DNA of 13,376 nucleotides from IMG/VR virus record IMGVR_UViG_3300031760_000017; one strand, 5' to 3'. How positions within the stretch are numbered: position 1 is the stretch's first letter; each line of letters opens with the position of its first letter. The position numbers were made by a program, and so were the translations under genes. The DNA comes from a virus. Shown piece by piece: positions 6,799 to 12,624 of this stretch. A model generated the notes under the pieces. It was not told where the DNA came from. It saw nothing but the letters and a program-made list of their open reading frames with translations, and made no database searches.

Positions 6799-7224
6799 CT
6801 AGAGGAAATGGCATCGCCTCTCTAAATATAGACTGCAGGGTTCGCCACTCGGATCAGAAAAACGAGCTTGTAGCAAGGCGTAATGACTACACGAGCCATA
6901 AAACGTGCATCCATCTTCGTGTGTGCTTATTATTATAAGTAAGTGTGGAAGAAGTATGAGTGGAAGTCTCATAAAACTAAGTTCCCGAGGCTCAAACTAC
7001 AAATCGGATTTGTCAGATAAGACATTAAAATCGACGTTAACATGGATTAGAGTTAAACTACCACTGGCATGACCAAATATTCAGGCTTTTCAATTCTAAA
7101 CAGCCTGCCTGAAGGCGCATGATATGTGGCTTTGTGGCAAACGTCTAATAAGAAGGCAAAGTAAACTCAGTTATCAGTATTTATCGCGCCTCTTGATAAT
7201 GCGTACCAAGATAAATCTTTTTAT
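6799..7224 (+). ncRNA. Candidate structured non-coding spacer (about 425 nt) after tRNA-Asp
   Basis: ORF-free and GC-richer than coding DNA. Hairpins include ACAAAT-CGG-ATTTGT and CAGGC...GCCTG. Confidence 0.3.
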
Positions 7225-7253
7225 TTGATATTTATAAAAAAATATAATATAAT
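7225..7253 (+). promoter_or_regulatory. Promoter P7 (-35 TTGATA, 17 bp, TATAAT)
   Basis: TTGATA at 7225-7230; TATAAT at 7248-7253 within a TATAATATAATAT run. Drives ORF 7301 and tRNA-Glu. Confidence 0.55.
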
Positions 7254-7300
7254 ATTATTGTAAGTTAAAAAACAATCTTTTTAAGAAAAGGAGAGTAGCT

Positions 7301-7429
7301 ATGCTTTATATTGTATATTACAGAGATGATGACAAAGTAAGACATATGACTTTCGTTAGAACTTATAAAGAAGTTCTTTTTATTCAGGAAAGATTTGATT
7401 TTGTTACAGTAGAATGTTGCGGTAAGTAA
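7301..7429 (+). CDS. Very small hypothetical protein (42 aa) not in the ORF track
   Basis: Promoter copy P7 lies upstream with RBS AAAAGGAGAGTAGCT then ATG; TAA stop 5 nt before tRNA-Glu. Translation is MLYIVYYRDDDKVRHMTFVRTYKEVLFIQERFDFVTVECCGK. Confidence 0.35.
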   Translation: MLYIVYYRDDDKVRHMTFVRTYKEVLFIQERFDFVTVECCGK

Positions 7430-7434
7430 ATAAT

Positions 7435-7507
7435 GCCCCGTTAGGCAAGCGGTTTAAGCCATCGCCCTTTCACGGCGAAGACGGGAGTTCAACTCTCCCA
7501 CGGGGTA
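7435..7507 (+). tRNA. tRNA-Glu (anticodon UUC)
   Basis: Acceptor GCCCCGT/ACGGGGT. Anticodon stem TCGCC/GGCGA with loop CTTTCAC. T-arm GGGAG-TTCAACT-CTCCC. Confidence 0.8.
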
Positions 7508-7676
7508 TTAATCGTTGATAGACAAGTATTAAAAGTCGATAAGAAAATAAAGCCGAATTACATAGGGACATTGAGGAGAGACACCTCATAGAGCGGGGGA
7601 AGATCCATAAGATACTCTAAAAATCATCTATGCAACCCTATACGGATGCGTGTGATTGAAACTGCACACTCAGCGA

Positions 7677-7705
7677 TTGATTTTTATAAAAAATTTTGTT
7701 ATAAT
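7677..7705 (+). promoter_or_regulatory. Promoter P8 (-35 TTGATT, 17 bp, TGtTATAAT)
   Basis: TTGATT at 7677-7682; TATAAT at 7700-7705 with TG at 7697-7698. Drives ORF 7730. Confidence 0.7.
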
Positions 7706-7729
7706 ATTTATATGAGAAAAGGAGAAAAA

Positions 7730-7885
7730 ATGAGAAGAATTAATTATACAGCGACAATATTAGGAACAATATTTGTTGAAGACTGGCGAGATGATGATGA
7801 AATTTCTTCTCTTATTGATGAAGACCTTGAGGATAGAGGAGTTCCTTTTCTAGAAATTAATGAAATTGAATTTGATGAAAATTAA
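7730..7885 (+). CDS. Small acidic protein (51 aa)
   Basis: Promoter copy P8 lies upstream with RBS AAAAGGAGAAAAA then ATG at 7730. The track's longer ORF from 7646 would start inside the promoter, so the 7730 start is preferred. The C-terminal half is Asp/Glu-rich; ends in TAATAA. Confidence 0.5.
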   Translation: MRRINYTATILGTIFVEDWRDDDEISSLIDEDLEDRGVPFLEINEIEFDEN

Positions 7886-8401
7886 TAATAAAGACAGATA
7901 CAGCAAGATATTTTGTAAATAAAAATAATCCAAATTTTTATACTATGAAGATTACCTGTCTTGGGCGAATAAAAAACAAAATATAGCAATGGTGATTAAA
8001 GAAAATAGTGTACATAAAACTTTAAAGAGTCCACCACACTGCGGCGGTCGGTAGGGAGAGACCATAGCAGACTACCTAGTATAGCTGGAGTCATGACCAG
8101 CGGAATTCAGGCTATAGTGTAAAAAGGGAGCCTCGAAATGGACAAAGCTATATTTATATAAATTTGTTGAAACTCTTGGCTATGCATCTACTTGTAAAAA
8201 TAGCGGGATTTATAAATGATAGACTGATTTTATAAATGGATTGAAAGCAAGATACGGTCAACAAGGTGGGACAGGCAGAGAGAGAACATTTACCCACGTT
8301 AATTATAGTGGCGATTAGAGTTGGTTACCTAGGCAAAATGATTTTTATTCAAAAGTATGGTGGTAAGCTTTGTTTCCACGCCGAGTCACTATAATTTCTA
8401 G
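7886..8401 (+). ncRNA. Candidate structured non-coding region (about 515 nt) upstream of the suppressor tRNA
   Basis: ORF-free. Begins with the conserved 17-mer AAAGACAGATACAGCAA also found at the P9 transcript start. Contains several 5-9 bp helices (GGTAG...CTACC, GCTGG...CCAGC). Confidence 0.3.
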
Positions 8402-8475
8402 CGCCCGATAGTGGAGTGGCTTAACACAGCGGTCTCTAAAACCGCGGATCCTGGGTTCGAATCCCAGTCGGGTGA
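8402..8475 (+). tRNA. Suppressor tRNA, anticodon CUA (reads the UAG amber codon); class I, amino-acid identity undetermined
   Basis: Acceptor CGCCCGA/TCGGGTG (one G-U). Anticodon stem GCGGT/ACCGC with loop CTCTAAA, giving U33, C34 U35 A36 and A37. Variable loop GGATC. T-arm CTGGG-TTCGAAT-CCCAG is perfect. Discriminator A. The anticodon arm differs from a Trp(CCA)-type loop CTCCAAA by a single nucleotide. Confidence 0.8.
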
Positions 8476-8571
8476 TAGATATATGAAAGAGAGGTATGGT
8501 CCATTGGACAATTAAGCCCCACAAGTTAGGATAGGAGTTCCCGAACCTTCTATAATAAAATCGGATGCTGC

Positions 8572-8645
8572 AGCGGGTTAGTAGCAGAGGTCAGCTCGTC
8601 TCCCTCATAAGGAGAAGGTCATGGGTTCGAATCCCATACCCGCCA
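8572..8645 (+). tRNA. tRNA-Met (anticodon CAU); could instead be an Ile2(LAU)-type or initiator-like tRNA
   Basis: Anticodon stem TCTCC/GGAGA with loop CTCATAA. T-arm ATGGG-TTCGAAT-CCCAT. Acceptor AGCGGGT/ACCCGCC has an A1-C72 mismatch. There is no run of three G-C pairs in the anticodon stem. Confidence 0.6.
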
Positions 8646-9053
8646 TCACGGATGCACTTTCGTGTAAGAAAAATGGTGCAACCTACATCTGGGTTAAACG
8701 AGGGTGTGCTTTTGGAGAATTTCTATAGAGAAAAATTCTCCCTACTAATCAGGGTAATGATTAGCCAGCGGTTTGGTAAACACGCAGCCCCAGCCAAAGG
8801 GTAGTTAAAATAAGAGGTGGTTTGATGCAAGCCTAAGCATCCAAGACGAGTGATCATAGTCTTGCTAAATGCGGGATCCACGATACCAAATAGTGTAAAG
8901 ACGTAGCATACCGAGCTTTAACTCGGAGATTCAAAGTAACGCAATGATTTGGTGGGCGTGCAGCCGCAATCCTTTATAATCTGAGCAAGTAGTTAAGACG
9001 AAAATGCTCAGTTGTAATATAGACTGCGGTTTATAGAGAATATAAGCCGCTTT
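8646..9053 (+). ncRNA. Candidate structured non-coding spacer (about 408 nt) between tRNA-Met and tRNA-Thr
   Basis: ORF-free apart from antisense shadow ORFs. Perfect 9-bp hairpin GGAGAATTT-CTATAGAGAA-AAATTCTCC at 8713-8740, plus TAATCA-GGGTAA-TGATTA and CCGAG-CTTTAA-CTCGG. Confidence 0.3.
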
Positions 9054-9126
9054 GCCTTTCTGGCGCAATTGGCAGCGCATCTGATTTGTAATCAGACGGT
9101 TAAGGGTTCGAGTCCCTTGGGAGGCT
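9054..9126 (+). tRNA. tRNA-Thr (anticodon UGU)
   Basis: Acceptor GCCTTTC/GGGAGGC (two G-U). D-arm GCGC-AATTGGCA-GCGC. Anticodon stem TCTGA/TCAGA with loop TTTGTAA. T-arm AAGGG-TTCGAGT-CCCTT. Confidence 0.8.
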
Positions 9127-9154
9127 CTACACGATAGCAAATAAGTGTATAAAC

Positions 9155-9338
9155 GGATGTGCGGTTAGCTGACCTTAAAGTGAAGTATGCCCTATTCCGA
9201 GGAGGCGATTTCGGGAGTAGTTATTTTGGTTAGTTGACGAAACTGTAAAACTACGAAATATCGGATGACCAAAAAGCTTCCTCCAGAGAACAAATGTCGG
9301 GAGGTTAAACGTGGATGGGTGGTTGGCTGACCTTAAAG
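9155..9338 (+). repeat. Imperfect 26-nt direct repeat (23/26): GGATGTGCGGTTAGCTGACCTTAAAG at 9155-9180 and GGATGGGTGGTTGGCTGACCTTAAAG at 9313-9338
   Basis: Seen by eye. The second copy lies immediately 5' of the CAA-anticodon tRNA at 9344. The first is followed by degenerate, non-folding sequence. Confidence 0.5.
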
Positions 9339-9343
9339 CTTAT

Positions 9344-9417
9344 GCGGAGATGACGCAATTGGCAGACGTGACAACCTCAAAAGTTGTATAGTTAGAGTTC
9401 GAATCTCTTTCTCCGTA
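9344..9417 (+). tRNA. Class-I tRNA with anticodon CAA (a Leu UUG-reading anticodon on a short-variable-arm body); identity uncertain
   Basis: Acceptor GCGGAGA/TCTCCGT (G1-U72). D-loop CAATTGGCAGA. Anticodon stem ACAAC/GTTGT with loop CTCAAAA. 5-nt variable loop. T-arm AGAG-TTCGAAT-CTCT. Discriminator A. Confidence 0.6.
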
Positions 9418-9421
9418 TTAT

Positions 9422-9496
9422 GTAGGGATGATGCAGACGTGGGAAACATGATAATTTAGAAAATTATTTATGAAGGTTCGAGCCCTTCACCCTACT
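9422..9496 (+). pseudogene. tRNA-like element, probable pseudo-tRNA (anticodon loop reads AGA on an all-A/U stem; acceptor has an A-A mismatch)
   Basis: Acceptor GTAGGGA/ACCCTAC with 6 of 7 positions paired. Anticodon stem ATAAT/ATTAT with loop TTAGAAA. T-arm GAAGG-TTCGAGC-CCTTC is perfect. The element abuts the -35 of promoter P9. Confidence 0.35.
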
Positions 9497-9497
9497 T

Positions 9498-9526
9498 TTG
9501 ATTTTTTATAAAAATTATAATATAAT
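9498..9526 (+). promoter_or_regulatory. Promoter P9 (-35 TTGATT, 17 bp, TATAAT)
   Basis: TTGATT at 9498-9503; TATAAT at 9521-9526. The transcript begins with the conserved AAAGACAGATACAGCAA motif and runs into the tRNA-like fragment and tRNA-Leu(UAA). Confidence 0.65.
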
Positions 9527-9579
9527 ATATATGTAAGATAAAAAGACAGATACAGCAAACTTTCTTTCAAGAATATTAA

Positions 9580-9633
9580 GTGATATGGTTCACAAATTGT
9601 CTGTAAAACAATGTTAGCTGGTTCGAGTCCAGT
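9580..9633 (+). pseudogene. Truncated tRNA-like fragment with a Tyr-type anticodon arm (GUA); no pairable acceptor stem found
   Basis: D-arm GTGA-TATGGT-TCAC. Anticodon stem ATTGT/ACAAT with loop CTGTAAA. T-arm GCTGG-TTCGAGT-CCAGT. The flanking 7-mers (GAATATT / ATAAAAG) do not pair. Lies about 40 nt downstream of the P9 transcription start. Confidence 0.3.
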
Positions 9634-9788
9634 ATAAAAGGTATAATTGAGCTGTCTTGATTAAAAAATAGCGCCGATGAAGGTCGGTTTGGGAATTAAC
9701 CCAAATAAGATGCAAAACAGGCGGGGGTCGCGCCCCTACAAAACTTCAGATATAGGCGAGGGACTGACTGAAGGGAAGCTATTTATTA

Positions 9789-9871
9789 GCGGGTATGGCG
9801 GAATGGCAGACGCATGGGACTTAAAATCCCTGGGGCGCAAGCTCGTGCGAGTTCAAGTCTCGCTACCCGCA
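9789..9871 (+). tRNA. tRNA-Leu (anticodon UAA), canonical class II
   Basis: Acceptor GCGGGTA/TACCCGC is perfect. Anticodon loop CTTAAAA. 15-nt variable arm GGGGCGCAAGCTCGT. T-arm GCGAG-TTCAAGT-CTCGC. Discriminator A. Confidence 0.85.
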
Positions 9872-10043
9872 TTGCACATTTTTATAAAAATGCCCATTCT
9901 ACATAAAGAGCTTGTAGACGATGGTTTGGCATCGTAAAAATCTAGTTGGAACTGTTACGGTGGCAGGATAAAATAGCCGTAGGTGGCTAGACACTTATAA
10001 CCAAACAATATAATCTTTTGAACGAAAACTGGAGAAGTTTTCA

Positions 10044-10078
10044 GGGGATTCAGATGCCCGCATCAATCCCTGTTTTTA
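10044..10078 (+). terminator. Probable rho-independent terminator
   Basis: Stem GGGGATT / AATCCCT with a 14-nt loop, followed by GTTTTTA. Confidence 0.5.
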
Positions 10079-10209
10079 CTTACGAGTCTTTCTGGATGCT
10101 GCAGAAGAAAGAAAGACAATATTAAGTTGCTTGGTGTGTGCCGTTGAACACACTGATAATAAAAGATTTAATTTCAAAGATTTAGAATGAAATTGAAAGG
10201 AGAATTATT

Positions 10210-10506
10210 ATGCAGATTTTGTATAAAAGTGATGTAACAGGAAAAACTTATAAGTCTGAGGAAGCACTTTTGGAAGCGGAAGCTAAGGTATCAGAAGCTA
10301 AGAAACAGGAAGAGCTTGAAAAGAAAGCAAGAGCAGAAGCTGCTAAGTATGTTCAGGATAAGCTGACTGCCGCATCTACCGCACAGAAGGAAGCTCAGAA
10401 AGCGTTAAGTGAATTTTGTAAGAAATATGGAACATTTAAAACCTCTCTAAAGAGAGATGAAGACCCGTGGAGTTTTTTCGATTTTTTATTTAATCCTTTT
10501 GAGTAA
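10210..10506 (+). CDS. Lys/Ala/Glu-rich small protein (98 aa), hypothetical
   Basis: RBS AAAGGAGAATTATT then ATG; TAA stop followed at once by a clear intrinsic terminator. Charged, coiled-coil-like composition similar to 2262-2660. Confidence 0.6.
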   Translation: MQILYKSDVTGKTYKSEEALLEAEAKVSEAKKQEELEKKARAEAAKYVQDKLTAASTAQKEAQKALSEFCKKYGTFKTSLKRDEDPWSFFDFLFNPFE

Positions 10507-10518
10507 TTTTTTAATTAG

Positions 10519-10550
10519 ATGGAAGGATTAAATATCCTTCCATTTTTTAT
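10519..10550 (+). terminator. Rho-independent terminator after ORF 10210-10506
   Basis: 10-bp stem ATGGAAGGAT / ATCCTTCCAT with loop TAAAT, followed by TTTTTTAT. Confidence 0.8.
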
Positions 10551-10622
10551 TGGTTCTTAGTGTTAGCGGAAGCACGTTGGTCTCCAAAACCAAAAGGACT
10601 GGTTCGAATCCAGTAGTTCCTG
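10551..10622 (+). tRNA. tRNA-Trp-like (anticodon CCA) with a non-pairing acceptor stem; possibly aberrant or pseudo
   Basis: D-arm GTGT-TAGCGGAA-GCAC. Anticodon stem TTGGT/ACCAA with loop CTCCAAA. T-arm ACTGG-TTCGAAT-CCAGT is perfect. The flanking 7-mers TGGTTCT and AGTTCCT are not complementary. Begins right at the T-tract of the upstream terminator. Confidence 0.45.
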
Positions 10623-10800
10623 CTACTATATCTTGAGCGGTTTGGAATCCGCTACTATTAATTTTATTGTTGGTTGGTTAAAATGTAGGTAAACCCATCC
10701 ATAGGGCAAGATATAATTTTAATAAGGTTTTGCAAAACTTATATATTCGTCGATGACGAAAGAAAAATGTTCAATAGCAAATGATTAGGAATGAACAATC

Positions 10801-10873
10801 TGATGGGTAGCTCAATTGGGAGAAGCAACGCCATGTGGCGGCGTGGATAGAGATTCGAATTCTCTCCCATCAA
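10801..10873 (+). tRNA. tRNA-His (anticodon GUG), copy 1; no G-1 encoded
   Basis: Acceptor TGATGGG/CCCATCA is perfect. Anticodon stem ACGCC/GGCGT with loop ATGTGGC. T-arm AGAGA-TTCGAAT-TCTCT. Discriminator A, with C at position -1. Confidence 0.7.
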
Positions 10874-10879
10874 CTATTA

Positions 10880-10965
10880 GGTGCGGATCTGGCTGGATGA
10901 AGACGCGGTCTTGAAAACCGTCGGGCGTGATGAGCGCCTTGGGGGTTCGAGTCCCTCCCGCATCG
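10880..10965 (+). tRNA. tRNA-Ser (anticodon UGA), class II
   Basis: Acceptor GGTGCGG/CCGCATC (one G-U). Anticodon stem GCGGT/ACCGT with loop CTTGAAA. Long variable arm CGGGCGTGATGAGCGCC. T-arm GGGGG-TTCGAGT-CCCTC. Discriminator G. Confidence 0.75.
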
Positions 10966-10979
10966 CTAAGGAGAATAAT

Positions 10980-11291
10980 ATGAGAAAAGATAAAAGATTT
11001 AAAACAGCGAATCCTATTTTATTATATTCAGATATATCGGCACAATATGATTTATTATTAAAAGAATATAACGAATTAGGACATAATTATATTGAAGTAT
11101 CCCAAGATTATATTAAACTTGCTAATTGTTATAAAGAATTAAAAAAAGAAAATACTGAACTTAAAGAAGAAATTTCTGAATGGAAAAAGGTTTCTGAATG
11201 TGATACTCCATTTCAATTAAATCATTTATTAACTGAAATTAATAAAAAGCTTCAAAGATTAAATCAAGAATTAAGAAAATTATTTTGTTAA
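10980..11291 (+). CDS. Hypothetical coiled-coil protein (103 aa)
   Basis: RBS CTAAGGAGAATAAT then ATG at 10980. The track ORF from 10881 overlaps tRNA-Ser(UGA), so the internal start is preferred. Heptad-like LKKENTELKEEISEWKK region; TAA stop. Confidence 0.55.
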   Translation: MRKDKRFKTANPILLYSDISAQYDLLLKEYNELGHNYIEVSQDYIKLANCYKELKKENTELKEEISEWKKVSECDTPFQLNHLLTEINKKLQRLNQELRKLFC

Positions 11292-11384
11292 GGCGGAATG
11301 GCAGAGTCTGGTTTAATGCACCTTCCTGCTAAGAAGGCGACCGCTGTAAAAAGCGGTCCGAAGGTTCAAATCCTTCTTCCGTCG
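11292..11384 (+). tRNA. tRNA-Ser (anticodon GCU), class II
   Basis: Acceptor GGCGGAA/TTCCGTC (one G-U). Anticodon stem CCTTC/GAAGG with loop CTGCTAA. 22-nt variable arm containing the hairpin ACCGCT-GTAAAAA-AGCGGT. T-arm GAAGG-TTCAAAT-CCTTC. Discriminator G. Confidence 0.85.
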
Positions 11385-11390
11385 TTTCAT

Positions 11391-11474
11391 CCCCTATTAA
11401 ACCGTTAAGGAGGCGGGCGGGGCTGTAAACTCCGCATCGGAAGATTCGAGTGGGTTCGATACCCTCATGGGGGA
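11391..11474 (+). tRNA. tRNA-Tyr (anticodon GUA), class II
   Basis: Acceptor CCCCTAT/ATGGGGG (one G-U). Anticodon stem CGGGG/CTCCG with loop CTGTAAA. About 15-nt variable arm. T-arm GTGGG-TTCGATA-CCCTC. Discriminator A. Confidence 0.7.
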
Positions 11475-11539
11475 CTGTGTATACACATTAGATCCTCAGG
11501 TTTGGTAGTTTCAGCGAGCAGAGATGGAAACTACCTATA

Positions 11540-11612
11540 GGCTCGATTAACTCAGCTGGGAGAGTGCGACTCTTACAAAGTCGAAGTCGTTGGTTCAAGT
11601 CCAACATTGAGT
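11540..11612 (+). tRNA. tRNA-Val (anticodon UAC); 3' CCA is genomically encoded (11613-11615)
   Basis: Acceptor GCTCGAT/ATTGAGT (two G-U). D-arm ACTC-AGCTGGGA-GAGT. Anticodon stem CGACT/AGTCG with loop CTTACAA. T-arm GTTGG-TTCAAGT-CCAAC. Discriminator A, then CCA. Confidence 0.8.
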
Positions 11613-11685
11613 ACCATTTGCGGGACCGGCGTATAAAGGGTCCTACCACCCGACTCGTAGTAAACATGGAACGCTGAAAGGTCTT

Positions 11686-11743
11686 GGGGAACTCCAGGGT
11701 AAGATACTCTGCAGGAGAGGTTGTGCTCCCCACTTTATTTTTT
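11686..11743 (+). terminator. Terminator-like GC-clamped hairpin with U-tract at the end of the tRNA-Ser/Tyr/Val operon
   Basis: GGGGA at 11686-11690 pairs with TCCCC at 11727-11731 around an internal CTCC/GGAG helix, followed by ACTTTATTTTTT. Confidence 0.4.
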
Positions 11744-11762
11744 ATAAAAAATATGATATAAT
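11734..11762 (+). promoter_or_regulatory. Promoter P10 (weak -35 TTTATT, 17 bp, extended -10 TGaTATAAT)
   Basis: TTTATT at 11734-11739 lies within the T-tract of the upstream terminator-like hairpin. TATAAT at 11757-11762 with TG at 11754-11755. Drives ORF 11794. Confidence 0.55.
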
Positions 11763-11793
11763 ATATTTATAAAAGATAAGGGAGAAAAATATT

Positions 11794-12018
11794 ATGAAAA
11801 AAGCTATTGCAGATTTTAATAAAGCATATGAAACAGACGATATGTTTCATGAATATTTGGCTTTTAGCCAGTTTTTTCAAAGAGCTTTTATAAGTAAGGG
11901 CGGATATATAATTGATACAGGTAATTTTGAAACTTGCAATAGAGAATTGATAGATTTAGTTGAAGCAAAAATTCATAAACATCCTTTGTTATGGAAATTG
12001 TTTTTTATGGTGGCATAA
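11794..12018 (+). CDS. Hypothetical protein (74 aa)
   Basis: Promoter copy P10 lies upstream with RBS AAGGGAGAAAAATATT then ATG; TAA stop immediately followed by the ATG of the next gene. Confidence 0.55.
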   Translation: MKKAIADFNKAYETDDMFHEYLAFSQFFQRAFISKGGYIIDTGNFETCNRELIDLVEAKIHKHPLLWKLFFMVA

Positions 12019-12513
12019 ATGATACAATTATATACAAGTTATTTTTATCAAATCCGCCACTTTAAAAAGAATATGGTGCCTATTTCGACAGCAATGTGGG
12101 ATCCAAAATGGTATCATGATTGGATGGGTCATGATTATACTTTTAAGGACAAGAGGGGAATATATAATGGTATTCGCGCAGAATGTTTTCATTTTGATGG
12201 AGAAGATCATGGATGCGGCGATCAATGTTTACTCTCACCCAAAGATCCGTCTAAATGTGAATTTTTGCGGCGTCTCCGCCAACAATATAATAAATTAAAT
12301 TTTCAAGATATTATGACTCGATGTGAAAGGTTAGCTTCTTACATTCAGTCTATTGAAAATTTACAAGAATTACCTATTTTAGTTTTTGTTTTTTATGAAA
12401 CTCCTACAAACTTATGTTCAGAAAGAAAAACTTTACAAAATTGGTTTAAAGATAATGGATATGATTTACAAGAATTGAAATATCCAATAAAAGATAATTA
12501 TATTGATATTTAA
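12019..12513 (+). CDS. Hypothetical protein (164 aa) with an HxD/CGD Cys/His cluster
   Basis: ATG directly after the previous TAA, in the same frame. 495-nt ORF ending in TAATAA; the stop overlaps promoter copy P11. Confidence 0.6.
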   Translation: MIQLYTSYFYQIRHFKKNMVPISTAMWDPKWYHDWMGHDYTFKDKRGIYNGIRAECFHFDGEDHGCGDQCLLSPKDPSKCEFLRRLRQQYNKLNFQDIMTRCERLASYIQSIENLQELPILVFVFYETPTNLCSERKTLQNWFKDNGYDLQELKYPIKDNYIDI

Positions 12514-12531
12514 TAAAAATTTTGATATAAT
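12503..12531 (+). promoter_or_regulatory. Promoter P11 (-35 TTGATA, 17 bp, TGaTATAAT)
   Basis: TTGATA at 12503-12508 overlaps the end of ORF 12019-12513. TATAAT at 12526-12531 with TG at 12523-12524. Drives the tRNA-Ile/Pro/His cluster. Confidence 0.65.
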
Positions 12532-12546
12532 ATATAAGTAAGGTAA

Positions 12547-12620
<74 letters not shown>

Positions 12621-12624
12621 TCCT

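Noticed and set aside
6723-6938. Plus-strand 71-aa ORF MALWCRRVARVP...
   Set aside because: Its 5' end is the tRNA-Asp gene (6725-6798); no RBS; translation of tRNA sequence.
7646-7729. N-terminal extension of ORF 7646-7885
   Set aside because: It would start inside promoter P8 and has no RBS; the ATG at 7730 has AAGGAGA upstream.
8565-8804. Plus-strand 79-aa ORF
   Set aside because: Overlaps tRNA-Met (8572-8645); no RBS.
6825-9027. 12-nt exact repeat AATATAGACTGC (6825-6836 and 9016-9027)
   Set aside because: A 12-mer match is expected several times by chance in 13 kb of biased sequence; no extended similarity in the flanks.
8931-9140. Minus-strand 69-aa ORF
   Set aside because: Antisense across tRNA-Thr and the spacer; no RBS.
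9677-9937. Plus-strand 86-aa ORF
   Set aside because: Runs through tRNA-Leu(UAA) at 9789-9871; no RBS.
10881-10979. N-terminal extension of ORF 10881-11291
   Set aside because: This part is the tRNA-Ser(UGA) gene; the real CDS starts at the RBS-preceded ATG at 10980.
11488-11733. Minus-strand 81-aa ORF
   Set aside because: Antisense to tRNA-Val and the terminator hairpin.
12016-12021. In-frame stop between the same-frame ORFs 11794-12018 and 12019-12513 as a read-through site
   Set aside because: The stop is TAA, not TAG; no UUA-anticodon tRNA was found; ATG directly follows, so these are two ordinary adjacent genes.
12028-12298. ORFs 12028-12225 (-) and 12116-12298 (+)
   Set aside because: Both lie inside the longer RBS-coupled gene 12019-12513.
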